Shown here piece after piece: positions 20,465-29,761 of a stretch of DNA of 55,134 nucleotides; the first letter of the stretch is position 1, and each line of letters starts with the position of its first letter. The position numbers were made by a program, and so were the translations under genes. This DNA is from Chrysochromulina tobinii (lineage: Eukaryota): positions 1-55,134 of the forward strand of contig JWZX01003349.1 in NCBI GenBank assembly GCA_001275005.1. Direction: 5' to 3'. Below the pieces are notes generated by a model. The model made no database searches and had not been told where the DNA came from. It saw only the letters and a program-made list of their open reading frames with translations.

Positions 20465-20971
20465 TCACCAATCAAATGGGCCTTCTGGAAGAGTCTCGAC
20501 ATAGACTCTCAGCGCTCGCACCGGCTCGTGAACGTGCTCGGCCCAGAGGTATGCAACCTGCGATGGCGCGCGCAAAGTCGCCCTGAGTAGCGCCGAATGG
20601 CCAGTTTCGCCCTCTGGCACAAAGTGCACGAACAAAAGCTCCTCATCATGCAGAAGCAGCGTTGCCGGCGTCATCCGACCGATTCCGCCCGCAGCATCAG
20701 AGGAGTTGTCTAGCGGCGCCTGAGCCTTGACAATCCAGAGCCCAGTGCGTGGATTCGCAAGCGCTCCGACAGCTCGCTCTTTGAGAGATTGCATCGCCGT
20801 GGGAGCCATCCTTCCAAGACGATACTGCAAGCCCGAGCCACGATCTCCAATTCCAATGCCCTTAAGAGGGCCTCCGTCTCGTGTTGCCAGCATTGCCTGG
20901 GATGGATCACGCCCGAGTTGCACATTCACGTGGCGCGAAGTTCGAATCGAAGAGCAGAAGTGCCGAAGCAT
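20465..20971 (-). CDS. Hypothetical protein, possibly the first exon of a spliced gene
   Basis: Protein-like ORF from ATG 20971 in an otherwise empty gap; ends across a canonical TG|GTGAGT donor-like site at 20468. Confidence 0.4.
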   Translation of the reverse strand: MLRHFCSSIRTSRHVNVQLGRDPSQAMLATRDGGPLKGIGIGDRGSGLQYRLGRMAPTAMQSLKERAVGALANPRTGLWIVKAQAPLDNSSDAAGGIGRMTPATLLLHDEELLFVHFVPEGETGHSALLRATLRAPSQVAYLWAEHVHEPVRALRVYVETLPEGPFDW

Positions 20972-21119
20972 CGGACGGCTTGTTGGAATCGCGCAACAGA
21001 ATGCATTCACACCACCTCAAGGCGATAAAACAAAATACCCTTTCGCAAACACTATTCGCTGGCCATCCTGCAAAGGAGCCAAAAATTGACCGACAAGGTC
21101 CTTGCACGAAAATTCACAC

Positions 21120-24100
21120 ATGGAGCAGCGGACGACACCGTCGCCGGCACCGGGACGCCGCGGTAGCGTAGGCGCTTGGATGCGCGCGCACCAACGCAGT
21201 GGCGCTGGCAGCGGAGGTGCCATCAATAGATTGGTGAGCAAGGTTGGGAAGGTTGGGAGCCTTGTGCCCAGTCGTGCCAAGCACTCGGCAGAAAAGGAGG
21301 AGCCCAGGAAAGCACGAGCAGTTCCGCAGAGCTTGGGAGAACAGGTTGCCCTAAACGCAGACGAAATGAGTGACCTGTTTGAGCAAGAATCCGAGCACGA
21401 AGCAGACATATCGAGTGACCTGTTTGATCAAGACTCCGAGCAGGAGCCTGAGCAGCAGTCTGTCGAAGAATCAGAAGATGAAGCATCAGAAGACGGGAAC
21501 CTGGCCTTGGAGGCGGACACGCAAGCGCAAGTAGCTGTAGGCGACGGTGGCGACGGGGTGCTTCACGTGGCCGTGCCACTGATGCTGATGGTGGATGCTG
21601 ATGGCGACGGGGTCTCGGACGGTCTGCACGCAGACAAGCTCGGGGTCTACGTGCCACAGATGGGCTTGAGGGATGACCGCCCCGTGTACGAGTGCAGCCA
21701 CAATTCGAGTCTGCTGCTGTGGTGGAGCGCCGGCAGGTGGTACCTGGGGAAGCGAGAAGAGCTCGGTCGAAATCGTGGGTGGCTCATGGTGCAGGGCGAA
21801 GGATGGACGCCTCCTGAGACAGGATGGACGATCTACTCGAAAGCAGACGCGGCGTGGCTGCAGATGGCGAGTATGATAGCTCGGCCCGCACGCGAGAGAG
21901 ATCTACGTGTCGAGCGCTTGCACCAGACGGCCATGAGTCGATTCGGCAAGCGAGAGCTCGCTCGCGGCTTTGAGAGCTGGAGCGACACGCACTGGGAGGG
22001 CGCCCATCGCCGTGAGCTGCTGCGGCAGGCCGGGATGCGGTTGGCTCGGCCCAGGCTTTCTCACGGCTACGTGCACTGGCGTCAGGACTGGAACACCCAG
22101 CAGAAGAAGCTCGCTGAGTTCGGTACACGGTTGGCTCGGCTTAAGCTTGCTTACGGGTACGCGCATTGGCGACAGGACTGGATGGCGCACCAAAAGAAGC
22201 TGCTAGCTGGAGGCGACGATGGCGACGGGATGCTTGACGTGGCCGTGCCACTGATGCTGATGGTGGATGCTGATGGCGACGGGGTCTCGGACGGTCTGCA
22301 CGCAGACAAGCTCGGGGTCTACGTGCCACAGATGGGCCTGAGGGATGACCGCCCCGTGTACGAGTGCAGCCACAATTCGAGTCTGCTGCTGTGGTGGAGC
22401 GCCGGCAGGTGGTACCTGGGGAAGCGAGAAGAGCTCGGTCGAAATCGTGGGTGGCTCAAGGTGCAGGGCGAAGGATGGACGCCTCCTGAGACAGGATGGA
22501 CGATCTACTCGAAAGCAGACGCGGCGTGGCTGCAGATGGCGAGTATGATAGCTCGGCCCGCACGCGAGAGAGATCTACGTGTCGAGCGCTTGCACCAGAC
22601 GGCCATGAGTCGATTCGGCAAGCGAGAGCTCGCTCGCGGCTTTGAGAGCTGGAGCGACACGCAATGGGAGGGCGCCCATCGCCGTGAGCTGCTGCGGCAG
22701 GCCGGGATGCGGTTGGCTCGGCCCAGGCTTTCTCACGGCTACGTGCACTGGCGTCAGGACTGGAACACCCAGCAGAAGAAGCTCGCTGAGTTCGGTACAC
22801 GGTTGGCTCCGCTTAAGCTTGCTTACGGGTACGTACATTGGCGACAGGACTGGATGACGCACCAGAAGAAGCTTGTCGAGCAAGCCGCGGCAGCCGCGGC
22901 GGCAAAATCAGCGCGGACGGCGCAGGAGGTGGCAGAGGCTGCAGAGGAGGCGCGGCTGGCGGCGGAGGCGGAAGAACGGGAGGATCGAGCAGAATACTTG
23001 CACGAGGTGGCCGTTCGTAGGATGGCAAAAGCGGGCATCGCGTGTGGCTTCAAGTCATGGGTTGCGCTGTTCCAGGCAGCACTTCTGCACCGAGCAGCGA
23101 TGCTCCGGCATGTGGCGCACGACCTCGCTCGTGGCTTTGGCTCATGGGTCACGGAATGGCGCAACGAGCACCTACGTAAAGCAGCACTGCGTCGAGCGGT
23201 CAACAATCACCTTGCCGACGGTTTCGGTGTGTGGTCAGATCGATACTTTGCTCGCTTGCATCTGGAACGCATCTTCGCGCGTGTCGAACCTCTGCAGCGA
23301 AAAGCTGCACACCGGCTTGGCGCGCGGAATCTCGTCCTAGGCTTCGGGACCTGGGCTAGCGTGCATTTCGAGCAGATGCGCCGTCAGCAGCGGCTGCGAG
23401 GCGGCGCTCAGCGGCTGGTACGACCCTTGCTGAGCGCGAGCTTCACCTGTTGGCGGATGAGCTGGGCAGCTGAGGAGCGGAAGCAGGCAGAGGAGCAGAT
23501 GCAGGCAAGGATGGCTAGCGTAGCTGAGCGAAGAGCCAAGATGATGGGGGCGCGTGATGCCAAGATAGCTGCAGAAGAGGCGGAAAGGGCAGCTAAGCTC
23601 GCTGCCCAAGCTGCCGAGGCGGAAGCGAAGGTGGCAGCGCAGTTGGCAGCAGCGGCAAGCGAGAGGGATACAGGCGCCGAGGCCTTGCGCCAGATGGCGG
23701 TGTTTCGACTTGGCATGAGGCGCCTCTCACACGGCTTTGCGGCCTGGGAAACTTCAGCGACATGCGGGGCTATCTCCCGCGCGCTGCAGCATCAAGCATG
23801 CGAGATGATTGCGCGATTGAGGTTGGCTTCAGCATATGCCGTATGGCAACGGAGCTGGAAAGATGAGATGATTAGATTGGCTGAGGAGCTAGAAGAGGAA
23901 AGGGAGGCGGCGGCAGCACGGGAGCTTCAGGAGATGAAGGATTATTTTCTGGCAGGTGTCGGGGCGAGAGAAGTGCGGCTCGACGGGGCCTCTCGCGCCT
24001 CGGCCCTGGGCATTCAAGTACATACTGACAAAGAGCTGGACGGCAGGAGACTCTGGGGCTTGCCGGAGATCAGGCTGGAGGGCACGTGCGACCCTGATTG

Positions 24101-24836
24101 TCGCACATTACCGCAGCAACGTGCCGTCATCAAACGGATCGATTCGGACAGTGCTGCGGCTACTGCCGGGCTGCGGGAGGACGACGTGCTGCTCGTCATC
24201 AACGACCACTTCCACCCATCGAATGTCACATTTCAACAGCTGATGGAGACACTTGTGGGGACGATTCACATCATCGCCCGTCCACTTGAGCATGTGCTCG
24301 GGCCGGCTTCGAAGAAGAAGCTCTTGCCACCGCCTACCGCCTTGGCACTTGCAGCATTGCCGCGAAAGGACTGGGACAATAGCCCGCGGCCTGGCGTGCC
24401 CACCACGAAGCCGCAGGCTGACTTTTCCAGGAGCCCGTCTCCCTCGAGGAGCTCGTCTCCCAGGCCGACTACGCCTCGCCGAAAGGCGTCTCCAAGTCGG
24501 CCCTCTACTCCCAGGCCCACTACTCCCCGCCGCGAAGAAGATCGGAGCAAGAGGTTCGACGCGGCCTTGGCCGACGCTCGGCTCCGCAACCCGCAGCTGC
24601 GTCCGCCTGTCACCCCTCCGAAGAGCCCTTTTGGAGGTGTGCTGCTGACGGCGCGCGGCATGAAGTCCTCCTTGCAGCTGCGGAAGGAACTGATGGAGGT
24701 GAGGAAGACAATCCACGCCATGGAAAAGCGCGTCGCGCAAGCACTCAGCGTGGCCCAAGGCACGAAGCGTCGAGCTGCTGGAGGCTTTCAAGTCTTGCCA
24801 AAAGTCACTCCATCACAACCCGAGCTTGACCAGTGA
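21120..24836 (+). CDS. Large protein with Sfi1-like repeats, a duplicated Trp-rich domain, coiled coils and a PDZ domain
   Basis: Repeated LxxGF/YxxW motifs (LARGFESW, LSHGYVHW, IACGFKSW, LADGFGVW, LSASFTCW); ALGIQV...AVIKRIDSDSAAATAGLREDDVLLVIND (PDZ-like). Confidence 0.75.
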   Translation: MEQRTTPSPAPGRRGSVGAWMRAHQRSGAGSGGAINRLVSKVGKVGSLVPSRAKHSAEKEEPRKARAVPQSLGEQVALNADEMSDLFEQESEHEADISSDLFDQDSEQEPEQQSVEESEDEASEDGNLALEADTQAQVAVGDGGDGVLHVAVPLMLMVDADGDGVSDGLHADKLGVYVPQMGLRDDRPVYECSHNSSLLLWWSAGRWYLGKREELGRNRGWLMVQGEGWTPPETGWTIYSKADAAWLQMASMIARPARERDLRVERLHQTAMSRFGKRELARGFESWSDTHWEGAHRRELLRQAGMRLARPRLSHGYVHWRQDWNTQQKKLAEFGTRLARLKLAYGYAHWRQDWMAHQKKLLAGGDDGDGMLDVAVPLMLMVDADGDGVSDGLHADKLGVYVPQMGLRDDRPVYECSHNSSLLLWWSAGRWYLGKREELGRNRGWLKVQGEGWTPPETGWTIYSKADAAWLQMASMIARPARERDLRVERLHQTAMSRFGKRELARGFESWSDTQWEGAHRRELLRQAGMRLARPRLSHGYVHWRQDWNTQQKKLAEFGTRLAPLKLAYGYVHWRQDWMTHQKKLVEQAAAAAAAKSARTAQEVAEAAEEARLAAEAEEREDRAEYLHEVAVRRMAKAGIACGFKSWVALFQAALLHRAAMLRHVAHDLARGFGSWVTEWRNEHLRKAALRRAVNNHLADGFGVWSDRYFARLHLERIFARVEPLQRKAAHRLGARNLVLGFGTWASVHFEQMRRQQRLRGGAQRLVRPLLSASFTCWRMSWAAEERKQAEEQMQARMASVAERRAKMMGARDAKIAAEEAERAAKLAAQAAEAEAKVAAQLAAAASERDTGAEALRQMAVFRLGMRRLSHGFAAWETSATCGAISRALQHQACEMIARLRLASAYAVWQRSWKDEMIRLAEELEEEREAAAARELQEMKDYFLAGVGAREVRLDGASRASALGIQVHTDKELDGRRLWGLPEIRLEGTCDPDCRTLPQQRAVIKRIDSDSAAATAGLREDDVLLVINDHFHPSNVTFQQLMETLVGTIHIIARPLEHVLGPASKKKLLPPPTALALAALPRKDWDNSPRPGVPTTKPQADFSRSPSPSRSSSPRPTTPRRKASPSRPSTPRPTTPRREEDRSKRFDAALADARLRNPQLRPPVTPPKSPFGGVLLTARGMKSSLQLRKELMEVRKTIHAMEKRVAQALSVAQGTKRRAAGGFQVLPKVTPSQPELDQ
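21532..22873 (+). repeat. Near-perfect in-frame tandem duplication, 672-bp period (224 aa)
   Basis: 21532-22203 versus 22204-22873; about 12 mismatches counted by eye. Confidence 0.95.
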
Positions 24837-24855
24837 TCCGCGTGGGCCGGAGGCG

Positions 24856-25482
24856 ATGGCTGCAGCTGAGGCCGAGGTGAATGAGGACAAGCTCCGAGAA
24901 CGATACGAGCAAACGTTCGGAACGCCTCCAACGAAAACTGCGCTCAAGGTTGAGATGAAGCTCGCAACCTCTCGGGCTGCAAGGCTGCGCGAGGAGGTGA
25001 ACAAGCCCGTCGTTGCGGCGTTGGCCGAGCTTGAGGAGATCGCTTCACGCGGAGCCCAGACACTCGAGAGGCACGAGGAGAAGCTACAGCAGCTGCTGTT
25101 GACCACGTTGCCAGAGCAAGCGCAGGATCTCGCGGCGCACTACGATGCCCACGACCAGGTCGTGAAGACGACGAATCGGGCAGCGGGCGACCGTCTCATC
25201 GTGGAAGCGGCGCATGAGTGCCTACGCCTTGCAACGGAGCAGGAGGACGTGGCGCGATGGGTGATAGGCGAGGCCCTGAAGGCCGTCCGCCGTGAGAAAA
25301 CCGCGGTCGAGGTGTGCAAAGCGGATCTCCAAAGGGCCTCGCAGGAGAAGCGTCGGATCCTCGAGGAGCACAAGAGGAACGACATGCGAGGCACCACGTT
25401 CAAAGAGTGGAACAAGAGTGAGTGTGCCAGTGCCGGCAAATCAAAACTTGCGACTCGATTAGCAGTAGGAGAGAGGATATGA
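24856..25482 (+). CDS. Coiled-coil ORF, either a separate gene or the last exon of the upstream Sfi1-like gene
   Basis: Helical E/K/A/L-rich ORF starting only 19 nt after the upstream stop. Confidence 0.6.
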   Translation: MAAAEAEVNEDKLRERYEQTFGTPPTKTALKVEMKLATSRAARLREEVNKPVVAALAELEEIASRGAQTLERHEEKLQQLLLTTLPEQAQDLAAHYDAHDQVVKTTNRAAGDRLIVEAAHECLRLATEQEDVARWVIGEALKAVRREKTAVEVCKADLQRASQEKRRILEEHKRNDMRGTTFKEWNKSECASAGKSKLATRLAVGERI

Positions 25483-25680
25483 ATCATCAGAGCTCATAAC
25501 AACATGTTCGCCGCAGGTGTGAAACCGAATTCACAGCATCATGTTTGGTGTTTCCTTTCGGGCTTTCAGGACTCCTCTATTCATATTGTACCTCTCCTCC
25601 GTGCTTTTCCTCCTGTAGGCCCTCGCCGCCCCTCAACACCGTATCCTGCGCGCCTACCATAGATTCCTGGTTAAAGCTCA

Positions 25681-26754
25681 ATGCAGTCGAGCTCGACAAA
25701 GCCGCCGCCTCTGCTGAGCAGAGCGGGAGCCGCACCTGGCAGCCTCGGTTTATCCGGCTCGGCTGGCTTACAGCTCAAGGCACCCGCCAAAAAGTTCGGG
25801 CTGCAGCCACCGCCGGGCAAGAAGCCGGTCGCTCGGCCAGCGGCTGCCTCTGTGTTTGGTGGCGGAGATGACGATGACGACGATCTCGGCGATGATGCGT
25901 CGGAGCGCGCGCGAGTCAGCCGTGAGCTCATGCGTGGAAGCACATCGACCTTTGGGCGCGCGGCGGCCGAGGCCGCTCAGAAAGCGGCGCTCGAGCAAGA
26001 CGCGTCCATCTTCGACTACGATGACGCATATGACGCAATGCAGCAAGAGCGCGTGGTGGCGAAGGAGAAGCCCAAGCAGGAGAAATCTGCGAAGTACATC
26101 GGTGCGCTCATGCAGGCGCACAAGGTGCGCGAGATTGAGAACGAAAAGGTGTTCGAACGCAAGATGGTCAAGGAGGCAGAGGAGGAAGCACATTTGTACG
26201 CTGACAAGGAGCGCTTTCTGACAAGCGCGTACAGGGCAAAGTTGGCGGCGCGCGAAGAGTACGAGGCCGAGCTCGCCAAGCAGGACGCTGAGGATGCCAA
26301 GAACGACGTGACCCAAAAGCGCGACCTTTCCGGTTTCTACTCGAACCTTCTCTCAAATAGCCTCGCACCCGATCGCGCTGTCGCTGCAGCCAGAGGCACC
26401 GTGGCAGCATCTGTCACAACGGCCGACTCGGTGCGATCGTTGCCGCCACGACCGCCGCGACCACCGTCGGAGCTCGATGCGTCGCATCCACCTGCGCAGC
26501 TGTCTCGGCCCGCCGAGGAGGCGGCCTCCGCCGCTCCGGTCTCGGCACCGCCGCCCTCGGCCTCGCGCAGGCTCGTGGATGATGACCTTGTCAGGGCTAT
26601 TGCGGAGGCCGCCAAGGCTGCCGCTACGACTGCTCCGCCAGCCCCTGCTCCTGCCCCAGCGGCAACTGCCGTGAGCCACGAACGCCGCAACGATGCGGAC
26701 GCCGTGCAGAGCGCACGCGAGCGTTACCTCGAGCGCAAGCGACAGCGCGAATAA
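25681..26754 (+). CDS. NSRP1: Nuclear speckle splicing regulatory protein 1 (CCDC55/DUF2040)
   Basis: ALEQDASIFDYDDAYD, KYIGALM, YADKERFLTSAYRAKL, DVTQKRDLSGFYSNLL, C-terminal AVQSARERYLERK. Confidence 0.9.
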   Translation: MQSSSTKPPPLLSRAGAAPGSLGLSGSAGLQLKAPAKKFGLQPPPGKKPVARPAAASVFGGGDDDDDDLGDDASERARVSRELMRGSTSTFGRAAAEAAQKAALEQDASIFDYDDAYDAMQQERVVAKEKPKQEKSAKYIGALMQAHKVREIENEKVFERKMVKEAEEEAHLYADKERFLTSAYRAKLAAREEYEAELAKQDAEDAKNDVTQKRDLSGFYSNLLSNSLAPDRAVAAARGTVAASVTTADSVRSLPPRPPRPPSELDASHPPAQLSRPAEEAASAAPVSAPPPSASRRLVDDDLVRAIAEAAKAAATTAPPAPAPAPAATAVSHERRNDADAVQSARERYLERKRQRE

Positions 26755-26885
26755 TGGGGTATAGTTACGATGCCGGGAGTTATCTGGAAAAGATGTACGA
26801 AACCGCACGCTACATGCATGGTTTCTCCCCTACTTATAGCATATGCGCACGGACGACGTCCGCGGTCCGGTCCGCGCAACTGTGG

Positions 26886-27956
26886 CTACTTTTTCTTCTT
26901 GCCGCCCTTATCCTTGGCCTTGAGTGTATTCGGGTCGGGCTCGGGCACATCAAAGGGTGCCTTGAAGTTCAGGTAGAGCGACTCGTTGTTGACAATGCCA
27001 AGCTTGCCAAGGGCATCCTCGTCCTTCAGCGGCAGGCCCGCGTAGAAGAGATTGAGCCAGGGGTCGTTGCGCGTCGTCGTCTTGACCTTCGTCTCGGGGT
27101 CCTCGGTGGTCGTCGTCTCAAGGTCGATCTTGACCTGCCACAGCTCAGGCAACGCCTTGGCCTCCTCGACAAGGTACTGGCCGTAGTAAGGGAAGTTGGT
27201 CGGCCCCCCGTTGATGCGCCGCAGCATGCCGCCTCCCCCCTTTTTGTCCTTACCGCCAGCCGCCGCTCCGGCACCTCCACCGTCCCTGACAAGGTGGTCG
27301 CCTACCCGTAGCTCGACGTTGGTACCGTCTGTCATCGGTAGTGTCACGGCCGGGCGCGGCCCTGCTACCACCGGCGGGTCGGGCCCTTTGACGAGCCAGC
27401 TGGGATTCTCCTTGAAGTACTCGCTCAGCTTCTGCTTCAACTCGAGCACGGTCGTCTGATTCGTCAGGCCGTCGATGACCGTGGGCATGCCGAGCTTGTG
27501 GCTGGTGATCCGCACACGCTCCACATTGGGGTCACCGGCAACCTTTGCGACAAAGTCGGCGAGCCTCGGCCTGACCACGAGCTGCAGCTCCGCTCCGTTC
27601 TTGATCGCATAGTCTGCCAGCGGCTTCTCGAAAGCCAGCAGCTGCCCATGGTACTTGAGCTCGACCGGGCTCCGGATCGAGAGCTGCTGCAGCTGTAGCG
27701 GGCCACACTCGTGGATGAACGAGATCAGCCCCTTGACAGTGCATGCCTCGGGGATGGGCTCTATCTCGGCGTACTCGAATTTCACGCGTCCGTCCTTGTC
27801 CGTCAACGTGTATCGTATCCTGATACGCGTTGGACACGGGGGCTTCTGCTCGGCGCGCGTGGGCGGCCCGCTGCCCACGTAGCGCCGTGGGTCAAGCTCG
27901 AGCCCCTCGGGGATGGGTAGCACATCGGGCCCCTTGCCGATGAAGATGAGAGCCAT
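26886..27956 (-). CDS. Protein with two ubiquitin-like domains
   Basis: CTVKGL...LKYHGQLLAFEKPLADYAIKNGAELQLVVR and TTVLELKQKL...LFYAGLPLKDEDALGKLGIVNNESLYL. Confidence 0.72.
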   Translation of the reverse strand: MALIFIGKGPDVLPIPEGLELDPRRYVGSGPPTRAEQKPPCPTRIRIRYTLTDKDGRVKFEYAEIEPIPEACTVKGLISFIHECGPLQLQQLSIRSPVELKYHGQLLAFEKPLADYAIKNGAELQLVVRPRLADFVAKVAGDPNVERVRITSHKLGMPTVIDGLTNQTTVLELKQKLSEYFKENPSWLVKGPDPPVVAGPRPAVTLPMTDGTNVELRVGDHLVRDGGGAGAAAGGKDKKGGGGMLRRINGGPTNFPYYGQYLVEEAKALPELWQVKIDLETTTTEDPETKVKTTTRNDPWLNLFYAGLPLKDEDALGKLGIVNNESLYLNFKAPFDVPEPDPNTLKAKDKGGKKKK

Positions 27957-28158
27957 GGGTGGGAGGCGGCGCAGGCTCCGCAAGCTACCAGCACAAATAA
28001 AGTCGATGGCAGTTCTGTAACGGCACCCACAAACTTACGTGCCTCTCGCGAAAAGAGCGGCCGCGATTGAGACGAAATTTCTTAGACAATTTCCAAAAAC
28101 GAGAAGTTTTTGCGCCGCCGGAGACCGCGGCTCGGAGCGTGGCTCACGCGCATCGGCC

Positions 28159-29376
28159 ATGTTGCCGCTTGAGCAGCAGGCTGGGGCCTCCCGGATTGGC
28201 CAGGTTCCTCCGAGAGTGCAGTCTGCGCCGGTGCTGCTGCCCTCAGAGGACACCGGCATCGAGTCCATTTTCTCCAACTTGACGTACAAGGACTTCTTGC
28301 GCGAAGCTGCCATCACCGAGGAGCCCGTGGAGCTGCCGCCGCCGACGGTCACGCCGCCGCCGCGCATCACGACGCCGCCCATCGGTACATCGAAGTTTCG
28401 CGCCGATGGCGCCGTCCACTCCTCGGCTGCGATGGGCAGCGTCGGCAACATGCTGTACGCCAGCTTGCCGCCACGGCCACACACGACCTACCCACAGACC
28501 ATGCCGGTGCGCCCGTGGAGCGGCGCCGGCCAGGTTGGTGGCCCGACCGTCGTCGCGCCCGTCACTGGTGCCGCAACGGCTGGAGGCAGCCGCTGCTGCT
28601 GCGCCGGCAGCGGCGGCGTTCCGAGCGCGAGCAGCATGACGGCGGCCACACCTGACGGGAACTCGGCTGCGTCTGCCGAGGTGACGCGGCAGCTGCAATC
28701 CAAGCTGCAGGAGGCGCAGCAGCTCTATGAGCAGCAGCAGCGGCTCATGCAGCTGCATGCGACTGGGGGGGCGGTGGCCGCGCGCTCGGTGACCAATGTG
28801 CCCATGGCGCTCCTGGACGAGCTTGCGCAGATGTCTCTCGACGCGCAGGACCACTTCTCGCGCCAGGAGACGCCCACGCCTTTGTACGACGACTTGCCCA
28901 TCCGACGCGGCACGCCGCCGCTGCCCGCGGCGCCGCTCGCCACGCTGCCGGCCGTCGGATGGAGCGCCGTGTCGAGCGCCGAGGACGCGGCGGCTGCTGC
29001 CGCTACCGCCAGCCTGCCTGGTCTTCAACCTTCGAGTCGCGGCCCCTCGCGGGTAGGTACGCCTGCCGCTAGCCTCTTGCCTGAGCCTGCACAGCAGTTG
29101 CAACAGTTTCAGCAGGCGCAACAACAGGCTGCGCAGGCGCACGCAGCCGCGTATGCGACAGCCGCCACCGCCTCTGTCGCATTGCCGCAGCCGAGCAGTC
29201 AGCTTAGCCAAGTGCAGCCGCTCATTCAGCCGCCGCTGCCGCCGCTCCACGCCGACGGACACGGCGGCTTCGCGGGCGCGCAGTCGGCCCAGCAGCTGCA
29301 ACAGCTGCTGCAGCAGACGTTGCAAGTCGCACAGCAGCAGCAGCAGCAGCAGCAGCTTCAGCAGCAGCAGCAGCTT

Positions 29377-29407
<31 letters not shown>

Positions 29408-29711
29408 TAGTACTGCTACAGCAGCTGATGCAGCAGCAGCTGCTGCTCGGGGCGGGTGGTTTGCCTAATTACAGCGGCATGCCGCTAACCACGGTGGCCA
29501 ATATCAACGGCGTGCCGCAACTCGTAGCTGTGATGAACCCGTACATGCTCGGCGGGGTCAATGGACAGGGCGTGGGTGCCATGGGCATGCAACAGCAGCA
29601 GCAGCAGCAGCTCAATCAGTCGCAGCTGAGCGGCCAGCCGCCGCCGCCGCCGCAGCAGCAGCAGGAGGAGCCGCCGCAGCCGCAGCCGCAGCCGCAGCCG
29701 CAGCCGCAGCC

Positions 29712-29761
<50 letters not shown>

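Noticed and set aside
21532..22873. Duplication considered as an LTR pair or CRISPR-like array
   Set aside because: The copies are adjacent, in frame and protein-coding, with no spacers, TG..CA ends, target-site duplication or RT/Cas genes
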